DNA from: a virus
Direction: 5' to 3' (one strand)
Length of the DNA: 64,000 bases
UHGV virus genome: UHGV-1483955
A program made the translations under genes and the position numbers. The notes under the pieces are model-generated. The model ran no database searches, was not told the DNA's origin, and saw only the letters and a program-made list of their open reading frames with translations. This document shows, in pieces, positions 30,335 through 40,391 of this stretch. The first letter of the stretch is position 1. Every line of letters starts with the position of its first letter.

Positions 30335-30714
30335 TGAGGCATATATCACCGGAAGAACTTATTGCGCTTCATGATGCGAATATAAACCGCTACGGCGGCC
30401 TGCCGGGAATGTCTGATCCGGGTAGGGCAGAGGCCATTATCGGGAGAGTTCAGGCCAGAGTTGCCTACGAAGAGATCACCGACCTTTTCGAAGTCTCCGC
30501 CACCTACCTGGTGGCTACAGCGAGAGGGCATATATTCAATGATGCCAATAAGCGTACCGCGCTAAACAGTGCGCTGCTATTTCTACGCCGTAACGGGGTG
30601 CAGGTATTTGATTCACCTGAACTGGCAGACCTTACCGTAGGGACTGCGACAGGCGAGATATCTGTATCTACTGTCGCCGCCACGTTACGTAGATTGTATG
30701 GTTCTGCGGAGTAG
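30334..30714 (+). CDS. doc: Doc toxin (Fic-fold kinase)
   Basis: 126-aa protein with HxFx(D/N)(A/G)NKR (HIFNDANKR) motif. Confidence 0.9.
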
Positions 30715-30718
30715 ATTA

Positions 30719-30898
30719 ATGGCACGCAAATGCAACAAATTGTCCCATAAAGCGTTAAAGATGCTTCTTGATGGTGTGAGTCGCCGCGAGGTAAAGCAAT
30801 ACCTGGTTGGTAAGCAAATTGGTGCCAGGACCGCTATTGCTGTGTTATGCCGTCAGGAAATGGTTGTGCTTAAACAGAGAATGCCGGGCAGCAGATAA
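30719..30898 (+). CDS. pdcA: small basic protein downstream of doc
   Basis: 59-aa ORF; symbol by recalled P1 synteny. Confidence 0.35.
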   Translation: MARKCNKLSHKALKMLLDGVSRREVKQYLVGKQIGARTAIAVLCRQEMVVLKQRMPGSR

Positions 30899-30925
30899 AG
30901 CCCAATCAGTGATGAAAGGTGTGAT

Positions 30926-31969
30926 GTGAAAGCCATTATTACTCCCTTTGTACAAAAAGAGCTTGGCGTCGCCACATTCAAAGTGGATCAGGAAGTCAGA
31001 AAGCTGGTGGAGGCTGGCCGTAAATTTATTATGGAGCCGGTGCCGCGTGAGTTAATCGAGCACATGGAAGACGGCCTCGTTGTTTCCGAGCAAACCATGG
31101 CAACAAATGAGGTGTTGCAGCCGTTTTTTAACAGCGATGAGCTGTTTCGTCGTATTGGTGGAATTGACGCGCTGGTGGCGTGGTTGCGCAGGAAAGAGGG
31201 GCGATGCCAGGCCGCAGATCGTAGCTGGTGTGACAACCATATTGTCCACGCTGAACGAGACAATAGCGCGGTGTTGTTGTGCTGGCATCACGATAACCAT
31301 TACCGGATGCGTGGTTTTAATGAGCTGAAAGAAACGCTGCATAATAATCGCGTTAACTGGATACTGGATGTCGCCCGTCAGGAAATGGGGCTTTCAGATG
31401 GCCATGATTTAAGTATTCAGGAACTGTGCTGGTGGGCTTTCATGCGCAACATGATGCACCTGATGCCGGAAGAAGTTTGCCGTATATCAATAAATAAGAT
31501 GAAAGCCGCAACGCAGGATAGCGGACCTCTGAAAGAGGCGGATATTCGCCCGTATGACGATCGCGCTACAGCATATGTTCAGATGATGGAAGAACGCGCC
31601 GCGCCGATGCGTGCAAAAGTATGCTCTGTGGATGTTGACTCCGACCCTGGCATGGCGCATTTCAAAATACCAAAACTGCAATCGCTAAAATTACCTGAGT
31701 ACATGGACTTTGTTGCTTCCCGTCCATGCTGTGGGTGTGGAGCGGCGGGAGCTGGCGCTCACATTACGCCTTATATCGTTCGTCATAGTCGATTATGCGC
31801 GCATGACATTTACGCAATTCCTCTATGCCAGTCATGCCAGCGTGATATTGAGCGTGACCGCGATAATTGGGAGAAGACGCACGGTAGGCTGGCGATGCAT
31901 CAACGATTGTTCTTTGATTACGCGCTTGGAGTCGGCGCTATCACAAGTCACTCGTCGAGCGTTAGATAA
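30926..31969 (+). CDS. pdcB: Cys-rich protein downstream of doc
   Basis: 347-aa ORF, GTG start with GAAAGGTG SD; symbol by recalled P1 synteny. Confidence 0.55.
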   Translation: MKAIITPFVQKELGVATFKVDQEVRKLVEAGRKFIMEPVPRELIEHMEDGLVVSEQTMATNEVLQPFFNSDELFRRIGGIDALVAWLRRKEGRCQAADRSWCDNHIVHAERDNSAVLLCWHHDNHYRMRGFNELKETLHNNRVNWILDVARQEMGLSDGHDLSIQELCWWAFMRNMMHLMPEEVCRISINKMKAATQDSGPLKEADIRPYDDRATAYVQMMEERAAPMRAKVCSVDVDSDPGMAHFKIPKLQSLKLPEYMDFVASRPCCGCGAAGAGAHITPYIVRHSRLCAHDIYAIPLCQSCQRDIERDRDNWEKTHGRLAMHQRLFFDYALGVGAITSHSSSVR

Positions 31970-31970
31970 A

Positions 31971-31987
31971 ATTGCTCTAATGTATTG
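31971..31987 (+). promoter_or_regulatory. C1 operator-like 17-mer ATTGCTCTAATGTATTG upstream of lpa
   Basis: 13/17 match; position as expected for C1 control of late promoter activator. Confidence 0.6.
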
Positions 31988-32057
31988 CTATTTCTTTAAT
32001 CGAGGGTATTATATTCCACGTTGATTAGTTGACATGGGCTAATCAGTAGGTGACAGG

Positions 32058-32510
32058 ATGTTACTTAACTGGCAGGGACGCCACTTCATGGAAATAAATC
32101 ACTCACGAATAACATCGTACGAGATTGCGGATTACATGATCCGCACTAAATCTCTTCTATCAGCGAAAGAACTCGCAGCAATTCTTGAAAAGGAATACCC
32201 GCATCTGGATGTCGATAAGCGCGATGTTTATCTGCGCTTAAAGGCTATCGCTGTGTCTAAGTATTCGTCTGTTTTGATTGATGACAGTACACGCCCACGT
32301 AGATTTCAGATCCACTCTCTGAATCCTGAATTCTTTCGCCGCAGCCGCGCTCCGCGCCGGTTTGATGAAAAACTCCAGAACGAACTCTATATGACGCAGG
32401 ACGAAAAGGAACGCCGGGAGCACCAGCCTTGGGTGGTGGCGCGTCAACTTTTCAATAAGGTGGTCCGTCAGCACCGTCATTACGGTAATGCCACATCCGC
32501 ACGTATCTGA
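32058..32510 (+). CDS. lpa: late promoter activator
   Basis: 150-aa basic protein downstream of C1 operator and upstream of pacA; symbol by synteny. Confidence 0.6.
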   Translation: MLLNWQGRHFMEINHSRITSYEIADYMIRTKSLLSAKELAAILEKEYPHLDVDKRDVYLRLKAIAVSKYSSVLIDDSTRPRRFQIHSLNPEFFRRSRAPRRFDEKLQNELYMTQDEKERREHQPWVVARQLFNKVVRQHRHYGNATSARI

Positions 32511-32596
32511 TTGATTGCTTGCCCGTTCCGGGCCTTTTGACATGTGACTTTCGTTACCCTCGCGTCAAAAAGAGTTTTATACGAAAGGAAGCATAA

Positions 32597-33790
32597 GTGA
32601 CCTGGGACGATCACAAGAAGAATTTTGCTCGCCTGGCGCGAGATGGTGGTTACACCATCGCACAATATGCCGCCGAGTTTAATCTCAACCCAAACACCGC
32701 ACGTCGTTATCTCCGTGCATTCAAAGAAGACACCGGAACAGCGGACAGCCGTAAGCCAAATAAGCCTGTCAGAAAACCACTAAAAAGCATGATCATTGAT
32801 CACGCTAATGATCAACGTGCAGGTGATCACGTTGTGGCTGAAATGGCTGAAAAACAAAGAGTTAATGCTGTTGTCAGTGCCGCAGTCGAGAACGCGAAGC
32901 GCCAGAATAAGCGCATAAATGATCGTTCTGATGATCATGACGTGATCACCCGCGCCCACCGGACCTTACGTGATCGCCTGGAACGCGACACCCTGGATGA
33001 TGATGGTGAACGCTTTGAATTCGAAGCTGGCGATTACCTGATAGATAACGTTGAAGCGCGGAAGGCCGCGCGCGCTATGTTGCGTCGGTCCGGGGCTGAT
33101 GTTCTGGAAACCACTCTTCTGGAAAAGTCTCTCTCTCATCTCCTTATGCTGGAGAACGCCAGGGATACGTGTATTCGCCTGGTGCAGGAAATGCGCGATC
33201 AGCAAAAAGACGATGATGAAGGTACTCCGCCTGAATACCGTATCGCGAGCATGCTAAACAGCTGTTCCGCGCAGATAAGCAGCCTGATCAACACCATTTA
33301 CAGCATCCGGAATAACTATCGAAAAGAAAGCCGGGAGGCGGAAAAGCACGCTTTGTCTATGGGGCAAGCTGGCATTGTTAAGCTGGCATACGAACGAAAG
33401 CGTGAAAATAACTGGTCAGTGCTGGAAGCAGCTGAATTCATTGAGGCGCATGGCGGGAAAGTGCCGCCCCTGATGCTGGAGCAAATCAAAGCCGATCTGC
33501 GTGCTCCTAAGACCAATACCGATGATGAGGAAAGGCAAACAGCCGTCGGTGGCCCTTCTCTTGAAGATCTGGACAAAGTTGCGCGAGAACGGGCCGCCAA
33601 CCGCCGCGCCGATGCCGCATTGTGGATTGAGCAGCGTAGGGAAGAAATCGCCGATATCGTTGATACAGGCGGTTATGGAGATGTTGATACTGAAGGTGTA
33701 TCAAACGACCCATGGCTGGAACAAGACCTGGACGAAGACGAGGAGGAAGACGAAGAAGTTACCCGCAAGCTATACGGGGATGATGATTAA
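32597..33790 (+). CDS. pacA: terminase small subunit containing the pac site
   Basis: 397 aa; coding sequence embeds the TGATCA hexamer clusters. Confidence 0.85.
   Translation: MTWDDHKKNFARLARDGGYTIAQYAAEFNLNPNTARRYLRAFKEDTGTADSRKPNKPVRKPLKSMIIDHANDQRAGDHVVAEMAEKQRVNAVVSAAVENAKRQNKRINDRSDDHDVITRAHRTLRDRLERDTLDDDGERFEFEAGDYLIDNVEARKAARAMLRRSGADVLETTLLEKSLSHLLMLENARDTCIRLVQEMRDQQKDDDEGTPPEYRIASMLNSCSAQISSLINTIYSIRNNYRKESREAEKHALSMGQAGIVKLAYERKRENNWSVLEAAEFIEAHGGKVPPLMLEQIKADLRAPKTNTDDEERQTAVGGPSLEDLDKVARERAANRRADAALWIEQRREEIADIVDTGGYGDVDTEGVSNDPWLEQDLDEDEEEDEEVTRKLYGDDD
32789..32950 (+). other. pac packaging site: 4 plus 3 TGATCA(G) hexamers carrying GATC Dam sites
   Basis: TGATCA x4 at 32789-32831 and TGATCG/TGATCA/TGATCA at 32919-32950 inside pacA. 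Confidence 0.8.
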
Positions 33791-35274
33791 TGGCCAGAAG
33801 TTGCGTAACGGATCCACGTTGGCGCGAGCTGGTGGCGCTATATCGTTATGACTGGATTGCTGCCGCTGATGTTTTGTTCGGCAAAACACCTACCTGGCAG
33901 CAGGATCTGATTATTGAGTCTGTGCAGGAACAGGGTAGCAAGACATCTGTTTCGTCTGGTCACGGTACCGGGAAATCAGATATGACTTCTATCATGATCA
34001 TGTTGTTCATAATCATGTATCCCGGTGCCCGCGCCATTATCGTTGCGAACAAAATTCAGCAGGTAATGACCGGTATATTCAAGTACATCAAGATAAACTG
34101 GGCTACTGCCACCAGCCGTTTTCCATGGCTTGCTGATTATTTTGTTCTGACAGAAACCGCTTTCTATGAGGTTACTGGTAAAGGTGTATGGACTGTAGTA
34201 CCGAAGGGCTTTCGTCTGGGAAGTGAAGAAGCTCTCGCCGGTGAACACGCAGATCATCTTCTGTATATTATCGATGAAGCCTCCGGTGTCAGTGATAGAG
34301 CTTTCGGTATCATCACCGGTGCTCTTACCGGACAGGATAACCGCATCTTATTACTGTCACAGCCTACACGCCCAAGCGGCTATTTCTACGATACACACCA
34401 TAAACTGGCCAAGCGTCCTGGTAACCCTGATGGCGTTTATACGGCGATCACGCTTAACAGTGAGGAATCACCGCTGGTAACGCCAGCATTTATCAAAATG
34501 AAGCTGGCGGAGTACGGCGGGCGTGATAACCCTATGTACATGATTAAGGTACGCGGCCTATTCCCTAAATCACAGGATGGCTTCCTTCTTGGACGTGATG
34601 AGGTTGAACGTGCAACGCGGCGGAAAGTCAAGATTGCCAAAGGATGGGGCTGGCTTGCATGTGTGGACGTTGCTGGTGGTACGGGACGGGATAAGTCCGT
34701 TATCAATATCATGATGGTGTCCGGCCAGCGAAATAAACGCCGTGTAATCAACTATCGAATGCTGGAATACACAGACGTTACAGAAACGCAGCTTGCCGCC
34801 AAAATTTTCGCAGAATGCAATCCTGAGCGATTCCCAAATATCACCATAGCGATAGACGGCGATGGCCTGGGTAAAGCAACGGCGGATCTGATGTACGAGT
34901 ATTATGGTATTACCGTACAGCGTATACGCTGGGGTAAAAAGATGCATAGCCGTGAAGATAAGAGCCTGTACTTTGATAAACGTGCTTATGCCAACGTTCA
35001 AGCCGCAGAGGCCGTAAAATCTGGTCGTATGAGACTGGATAAGGGTAATGAAACTATTGAGGAAGCGTCGAAAATCCCTGTAGGGATTAACTCCGCAGGT
35101 CAATGGAAAGTGATGAGTAAGGAGGATATGAAGAAAAAACTCAACCTGCACTCACCAGACCATTGGGATACATATTGTTTCGCTATGCTGGCTGATTATG
35201 TTCCCCAGGATGAAGTGCTTAGCGTCGAAGACGAAGCGCAGGTTGATGAAGCTCTGGCATGGCTTAATGAATAA
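33790..35274 (+). CDS. pacB: terminase large subunit
   Basis: 494 aa; Walker A GHGTGKSD, Walker [11 protein letters not shown]; start overlaps pacA stop. Confidence 0.85.
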   Translation: MARSCVTDPRWRELVALYRYDWIAAADVLFGKTPTWQQDLIIESVQEQGSKTSVSSGHGTGKSDMTSIMIMLFIIMYPGARAIIVANKIQQVMTGIFKYIKINWATATSRFPWLADYFVLTETAFYEVTGKGVWTVVPKGFRLGSEEALAGEHADHLLYIIDEASGVSDRAFGIITGALTGQDNRILLLSQPTRPSGYFYDTHHKLAKRPGNPDGVYTAITLNSEESPLVTPAFIKMKLAEYGGRDNPMYMIKVRGLFPKSQDGFLLGRDEVERATRRKVKIAKGWGWLACVDVAGGTGRDKSVINIMMVSGQRNKRRVINYRMLEYTDVTETQLAAKIFAECNPERFPNITIAIDGDGLGKATADLMYEYYGITVQRIRWGKKMHSREDKSLYFDKRAYANVQAAEAVKSGRMRLDKGNETIEEASKIPVGINSAGQWKVMSKEDMKKKLNLHSPDHWDTYCFAMLADYVPQDEVLSVEDEAQVDEALAWLNE

Positions 35275-35298
35275 CTCATTGACCATGCCGGATAGAAA

Positions 35299-36150
35299 CT
35301 ATTGCGCGCTTTCGGGGTTGTCGTTTACTGGCTGCCCCTTCTTAGTTTTACGGCTGCGCGTAACTGATGCGGCTGATTTGACCTTTTTCTCTTCGCGAGT
35401 GATGGCAATTTGTTTTTTTACATTTTCAATATCTGCCAGGCGATATATTTTTGCCTGCGGCCAGCGGTCGCAGATGATCGGTTCTATAGAGTCATAAAGG
35501 CTAAATTTTGCTTTCTCGAATTCACCGTTGATGATGATTCCATCACGGAGAGTTTCATCGCAGATAAACACACCACACAGCGGCACATGGTAACTAACTG
35601 ATTTACCATCATTGTAGTTAGGGCTACTGGAAATGTAATGGACGCGCAGCATTGTTTCGCTAAAGCCGTGTACACGCATACGGAATTTTTCATCCTCCGG
35701 GTACTGCTTCATTAGCTCTTTTGTTGCTTCCAGGTTCTCTATGTATTTCGCACTGTGCTCATTGATCCCCGCGCTTTTCTGGATGCGAATGTCCTTATCA
35801 ATCAGATGAATAATGCGGCCAGCGGTCATGTTGACGCTGTTCACAGCTTCTGTCTGATAAGTTGTAACCTTACGCACACCGCGAAGGATGTTAGGCACTG
35901 GATATAAAATAGTCTTTGGGATATTGAGGTCTGGGTACTGTTCCAGTTCCCGCGCCATTAAAGTCCATTTATCAATTTCAGCCTGAATGCTGTCCGTTTC
36001 TTTGAACGGCAGAACGACAACCGGGCGAACAGGACGACCGTCGCTGGCGGCATCAACGTGTTGGGCGCGTGCAACAGCTTTTTTTAGAAAGAGATCCCTG
36101 AAGCTGACGAACTCCTGGTACAGTTGTTCGCCGTAGACATAATTTATCAT
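35299..36150 (-). CDS. c1: C1 repressor of lysogeny
   Basis: 283-aa protein MINYVYGEQLYQEFVSFRDLF... downstream of coi; operators throughout window. Confidence 0.9.
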   Translation of the reverse strand: MINYVYGEQLYQEFVSFRDLFLKKAVARAQHVDAASDGRPVRPVVVLPFKETDSIQAEIDKWTLMARELEQYPDLNIPKTILYPVPNILRGVRKVTTYQTEAVNSVNMTAGRIIHLIDKDIRIQKSAGINEHSAKYIENLEATKELMKQYPEDEKFRMRVHGFSETMLRVHYISSSPNYNDGKSVSYHVPLCGVFICDETLRDGIIINGEFEKAKFSLYDSIEPIICDRWPQAKIYRLADIENVKKQIAITREEKKVKSAASVTRSRKTKKGQPVNDNPESAQ

Positions 36151-36244
36151 TGATCCTCCTCCAGAATTGACATGGCCAACAACTCACAGCGGATTACACT
36201 GGGAGTTGTTGGCCACCATTATAGAAGGATCCAACGAAAATAAT

Positions 36245-36261
36245 AGATTTATTAGTGCATT
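36245..36261 (-). promoter_or_regulatory. C1 operator-like 17-mer between coi and c1
   Basis: rc AATGCACTAATAAATCT, 14/17 match. Confidence 0.5.
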
Positions 36262-36470
36262 TATTGTGAGTCTGGCTGGTTAGTGGCCATGAGATATTCG
36301 ATTGTGTCAGTGAGATCATCCAGGTCGTCTTGGGTGATGCGGTACTCCTGATTGGATATCTTTGAGTAGTGTTCAGCAATGGCGCGGGCAGCGTCGGTTT
36401 CGGCGGGGTCTACAGATAAAGCGTTAGAGCAATGTCTAACGTCGTCGATGGTTGGTGGAATGAAAGCCAT
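36261..36470 (-). CDS. coi: C1 inactivator
   Basis: 69-aa acidic protein immediately upstream of c1 on same strand. Confidence 0.8.
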   Translation of the reverse strand: MAFIPPTIDDVRHCSNALSVDPAETDAARAIAEHYSKISNQEYRITQDDLDDLTDTIEYLMATNQPDSQ

Positions 36471-36708
36471 AATTATGCCTCACTGTATTGACAACACAGA
36501 GCCTGAAGCTCTGACCTACTGTTTCACCCATGATCCATGCTGGGGTAATCTAACAACATTGCGCTGTGTGTAAGATGAGCAATGCATAGCTGTAATGCCG
36601 TTGTATAAGGTTTCCCTGTTTGCTCATTTCCTTCTGAGCCGCTCTACAACGCTGAAGACACATTAAATAGTGAATCCAAAGTCGTATTACGAAACGGCGG
36701 CAAAACTA

Positions 36709-36725
36709 TAATTTATTAGAGCAAT
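36709..36725 (-). promoter_or_regulatory. C1 operator (rc ATTGCTCTAATAAATTA) upstream of coi-c1 operon
   Basis: 16/17 match. Confidence 0.7.
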
Positions 36726-36791
36726 TGTCAAACAACTATGAAAAACAATCCAGTTTTTGGCTGGTGGAGTGGGATTTTTCTCTCAAAATTT

Positions 36792-36808
36792 ATTGCTCTA
36801 ATAATTCT
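36792..36808 (+). promoter_or_regulatory. C1 operator-like 17-mer ATTGCTCTAATAATTCT
   Basis: 15/17 match, 44 bp upstream of loxP. Confidence 0.65.
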
Positions 36809-36851
36809 TGATTTTTATGCGCAGCTGGACGTAAACTCCTCTTCAGACCTA

Positions 36852-36885
36852 ATAACTTCGTATAGCATACATTATACGAAGTTAT
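36852..36885 (+). other. loxP: loxP site-specific recombination site
   Basis: Exact ATAACTTCGTATA-GCATACAT-TATACGAAGTTAT. Confidence 0.98.
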
Positions 36886-36954
36886 CTTAAGGGTTATTGA
36901 ACATGATCAATTTACCTGTAAATCCATACAGTTCAATACCTTATCAGGTCAAAT

Positions 36955-36980
36955 AGTGATCACTTGATCATTTGATCAAG
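36955..36980 (+). promoter_or_regulatory. GATC (Dam site) cluster in cre upstream region
   Basis: Three GATC within 20 bp (GTGATCACTTGATCATTTGATCA) plus one at 36905. Confidence 0.6.
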
Positions 36981-37074
36981 GTTGCGCTACGTAAAATCTG
37001 CGAAATGTTGGCAGTGTTAGTGCTCCAGATTTCGCGTAGCGCACTTAGCACCACCAATCAATCAGAGGTGAAAA

Positions 37075-37296
37075 ATGGGATATTCAGCTGCTAAAGTGTC
37101 CACTCATCTTGAGCTTGAGAAAAACCGTGGTTACTGGCGGGCAAAAGGGTTTGATCGTGATAGTTGCCAACTGTCATTATCGCGCGGTGAAGAGAAAATA
37201 GAACGCACGCGCGGTCGCTGGCGTTTCTATGACGAGAACCATAAACAGGTAAAGGCAGAGCCGATCCTGTACACTTTACTTAAAACCATTATCTGA
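37075..37296 (+). CDS. possible small ORF between loxP and cre (73 aa)
   Basis: GAGGTG SD 6 nt upstream of ATG; no motif support. Confidence 0.3.
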   Translation: MGYSAAKVSTHLELEKNRGYWRAKGFDRDSCQLSLSRGEEKIERTRGRWRFYDENHKQVKAEPILYTLLKTII

Positions 37297-37303
37297 GTGT
37301 TAA

Positions 37304-38335
37304 ATGTCCAATTTACTGACCGTACACCAAAATTTGCCTGCATTACCGGTCGATGCAACGAGTGATGAGGTTCGCAAGAACCTGATGGACATGTTCAGGG
37401 ATCGCCAGGCGTTTTCTGAGCATACCTGGAAAATGCTTCTGTCCGTTTGCCGGTCGTGGGCGGCATGGTGCAAGTTGAATAACCGGAAATGGTTTCCCGC
37501 AGAACCTGAAGATGTTCGCGATTATCTTCTATATCTTCAGGCGCGCGGTCTGGCAGTAAAAACTATCCAGCAACATTTGGGCCAGCTAAACATGCTTCAT
37601 CGTCGGTCCGGGCTGCCACGACCAAGTGACAGCAATGCTGTTTCACTGGTCATGCGGCGGATTCGAAAAGAAAACGTTGATGCCGGTGAACGTGCAAAAC
37701 AGGCATTGGCGTTCGAACGCACTGATTTCGACCAGGTTCGTTCACTCATGGAAAATAGCGATCGCTGCCAGGATATACGTAATCTGGCATTTCTTGGGAT
37801 TGCTTATAATACCCTGCTACGTATAGCAGAAATTGCCAGGATCAGGGTTAAAGATATCTCACGTACTGACGGTGGGAGAATGTTAATCCATATTGGCAGA
37901 ACGAAAACGCTGGTTAGCACCGCAGGTGTAGAGAAGGCACTTAGCCTGGGGGTAACTAAACTGGTCGAGCGATGGATTTCTGTCTCTGGTGTAGCTGATG
38001 ATCCGAATAACTACCTGTTTTGCCGGGTCAGAAAAAATGGTGTTGCCGCGCCATCTGCCACCAGCCAGCTATCAACTCGCGCCCTGGAAGGGATTTTTGA
38101 AGCAACTCATCGATTGATTTACGGCGCTAAGGATGACTCTGGTCAGAGATACCTGGCCTGGTCTGGACACAGTGCCCGTGTCGGAGCAGCGCGAGATATG
38201 GCCCGCGCTGGAGTTTCAATACCGGAGATCATGCAAGCTGGTGGCTGGACCAATGTAAATATTGTCATGAACTATATCCGTAACCTGGATAGTGAAACAG
38301 GGGCAATGGTGCGCCTGCTGGAAGATGGCAATTAG
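37304..38335 (+). CDS. cre: Cre tyrosine recombinase
   Basis: 343-aa translation MSNLLTVHQNLPALPVDATSDEVRKNLMDMFRDRQAFSEHTWK... recognisable as Cre; adjacent to loxP. Confidence 0.98.
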   Translation: MSNLLTVHQNLPALPVDATSDEVRKNLMDMFRDRQAFSEHTWKMLLSVCRSWAAWCKLNNRKWFPAEPEDVRDYLLYLQARGLAVKTIQQHLGQLNMLHRRSGLPRPSDSNAVSLVMRRIRKENVDAGERAKQALAFERTDFDQVRSLMENSDRCQDIRNLAFLGIAYNTLLRIAEIARIRVKDISRTDGGRMLIHIGRTKTLVSTAGVEKALSLGVTKLVERWISVSGVADDPNNYLFCRVRKNGVAAPSATSQLSTRALEGIFEATHRLIYGAKDDSGQRYLAWSGHSARVGAARDMARAGVSIPEIMQAGGWTNVNIVMNYIRNLDSETGAMVRLLEDGN

Positions 38336-38352
38336 CCATTAACGCGTAAATG

Positions 38353-38369
38353 ATTGCTCTAATTCTTTG
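38353..38369 (+). promoter_or_regulatory. C1 operator-like 17-mer ATTGCTCTAATTCTTTG
   Basis: 13/17 match, 17 nt upstream of next gene. Confidence 0.55.
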
Positions 38370-38385
38370 ATATTTATGGTTGCAT

Positions 38386-38697
38386 ATGAGAAAGGATTTC
38401 AACATCGACGGAAAATATGTAGTGCTGTCTGTAAGCACTAATATTCTGTCGCCATCTGTCATTGTCACCGTAAAGTTGAGCGATAGGATGCCTGATATCG
38501 ACTCGATATCTGTTGCGTTCCCCGTTAAAAGCATGCGGAGTGCTGAACATTTTGTGATGAATGCAACGGAGGAGGAAGCGCGGCGCGGGCTTACTAGAGT
38601 GATGGGGGAATTTGGCGAACTCCTGGGTAAGGTAAACAATGCCCTTTCAATCAGTTCAGCAAGGTCCAAAGCGTTAACCGCTTCCATGATGAAATAA
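38386..38697 (+). CDS. cra: cre-associated small protein
   Basis: 103-aa ORF between cre and ref; symbol by synteny. Confidence 0.45.
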   Translation: MRKDFNIDGKYVVLSVSTNILSPSVIVTVKLSDRMPDIDSISVAFPVKSMRSAEHFVMNATEEEARRGLTRVMGEFGELLGKVNNALSISSARSKALTASMMK

Positions 38698-38829
38698 AAA
38701 AAAGCCTGGCAAGGAGCCAGGCTGCACAAAAGAGCGGGTTTGTATTCCGCATCCAATCAATCAAGAAGGAGTATAGCACACAGGTACTGAAGTGAAAAAA
38801 TGTGATTCGCGAGAAACAAAATATATGCC

Positions 38830-38859
38830 ATTGCTCTAATTGATTGCTATAATTTGGCC
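38830..38859 (+). promoter_or_regulatory. bipartite overlapping C1 operators (ATTGCTCTAATTGATTG and ATTGCTATAATTTGGCC) over a TATAAT -10
   Basis: Two overlapping operator-like 17-mers; second contains TATAAT; upstream of ref. Confidence 0.7.
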
Positions 38860-38944
38860 GCAGTTTTTGTCAACTACGAAGACGTTGCCATTACTTCACT
38901 CCTTGACATCATTGGCGGCCATTAGGCCGCCTTTTTTTTGCCAT

Positions 38945-39505
38945 ATGAAAACAATCGAACAAAAACTTGAACAGCGCCGCGAGTGGCAGAAGGCAGCCAG
39001 AGAACGAGCGATCGCTCGGCAACGGGAAAAGTTGGCTGACCCCGCCTGGCGAGAATCGCAATATCAGAAAATGCGGGATTCTATCGACCGCCGTATCGCT
39101 AAACAGAAAGAGCGCCCACCAGCCAGCAAAACGCGGAAAAGTGCGGTAAAAATAAAATCTCGTGGCTTGAAGGGGCGAACACCGACGGAGGAGGAACAGA
39201 CTATCGCCAATGCTCTTGGCACTCTCCCCTGCATTGCCTGCTACATGCATGGAGTAATATCTGAAGAGGTGTCTCTGCACCATATCTCCGGTCGTACCGC
39301 GCCGGGTTGTCACAAAAAGCAATTGCCCCTTTGCAGATGGCACCACCAGCATGCAGCACCGGCTGAAGTAAGAGAAAAATACCCCTGGCTGGTCCCTGTT
39401 CATGCCGATGGCGTGGTAGGAGGCAAGAAAGAATTCACCTTGTTGAACAAGTCAGAGATGGAGTTGCTGGCTGACGCCTATGAAATGGCAAACATCATGC
39501 ACTAA
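38945..39505 (+). CDS. ref: recombination enhancement function HNH endonuclease
   Basis: 186 aa, basic N-terminus, C-terminal HNH-like Cys/His cluster (CIACYMHG..HH..CRWHHQH). Confidence 0.8.
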   Translation: MKTIEQKLEQRREWQKAARERAIARQREKLADPAWRESQYQKMRDSIDRRIAKQKERPPASKTRKSAVKIKSRGLKGRTPTEEEQTIANALGTLPCIACYMHGVISEEVSLHHISGRTAPGCHKKQLPLCRWHHQHAAPAEVREKYPWLVPVHADGVVGGKKEFTLLNKSEMELLADAYEMANIMH

Positions 39506-39693
39506 TAAATATATTATTTTTAATCTTAAATGATTGACAACTGACAAGTGACTTGAGTCAGAATCATCACACGCCCGGTACGGATGGATCCCTTTTCAAA
39601 TATTCCATGGACGGCACAGTCTGAGTACCGGGCGCTACCTTCAGTTGTATTGCTAAGCCGCCGCTGGTGGCTTTTCTTTTTTGTAGGGGCGCT

Positions 39694-40335
39694 ATGGATA
39701 AGAAAATATGCGTTGTTTCGATGAGCGTCGGCAAACCGGCGTCAATGACTGCTGCATGGATCAACAACGAGCTGATAATGGCTGAGCGGACCAGCTACCC
39801 TGAACGCCGCCGCGACATGGAACTCCAGCTGCTGCGCGAATTGCGAGAAAAAGAGGAAAAGGGTTTTATCGTGCTGGTGGAAGAGGAAAACAGCTTTATT
39901 ACTGGTCGAGTTGGCCAGCGTGTAAGGTTGCGCGATCCCTTCATGAACGGCAGGCCGGTACTGATTGAAGCAATGCAGATTTACAAGGAGCTGGAACGCC
40001 AGAAAGCGATCAAGTTACCGCGCAAGGAATCCGGCAAATACATCCTCCACCAAAGCATCTTCGATTCCGAACACGATAAAAAAGGCGATGAATTTTTCAA
40101 CATCAACTGGAGCGAAATAACGACAGAGCATGTTCTGACGTTACTATGTTGCTTTGCGACGGAATACAACAACGTTGCCAGCGCAGACTACATCAGGGCA
40201 ATGGCTGGAGAAGTTGAGGCACGCCAGGAACCATCGTTACTAAGCCCTCTGATTAACATAATTCGCGGAACCCAAACGCTGGCACAAAAACAGGTGCCTA
40301 AGGGAGTATTAACAGGAAAAGGAAATTATCTATAA
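39694..40335 (+). CDS. mat: hypothetical protein at the position of P1 maturation control gene
   Basis: 213-aa ORF after a terminator-like hairpin; symbol by recalled synteny only. Confidence 0.45.
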   Translation: MDKKICVVSMSVGKPASMTAAWINNELIMAERTSYPERRRDMELQLLRELREKEEKGFIVLVEEENSFITGRVGQRVRLRDPFMNGRPVLIEAMQIYKELERQKAIKLPRKESGKYILHQSIFDSEHDKKGDEFFNINWSEITTEHVLTLLCCFATEYNNVASADYIRAMAGEVEARQEPSLLSPLINIIRGTQTLAQKQVPKGVLTGKGNYL

Positions 40336-40391
40336 ACGTCAATGCATTAGGGTATACTTCTCCGTAGAACTATAAGTAAATGGAGTAAGTA

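Noticed and set aside
36476-36700. Tiny minus-strand ORFs upstream of coi (for example 36550-36627, 25 codons) as imcA/imcB
   Set aside because: Too short to support from sequence alone and I cannot recall the reference sequences well enough
38703-38723. Hairpin AGCCTGGC-AAGGA-GCCAGGCT after cra as a plus-strand terminator
   Set aside because: The A-run precedes and no T-run follows the stem on the plus strand; more consistent with a minus-strand terminator or a structural element
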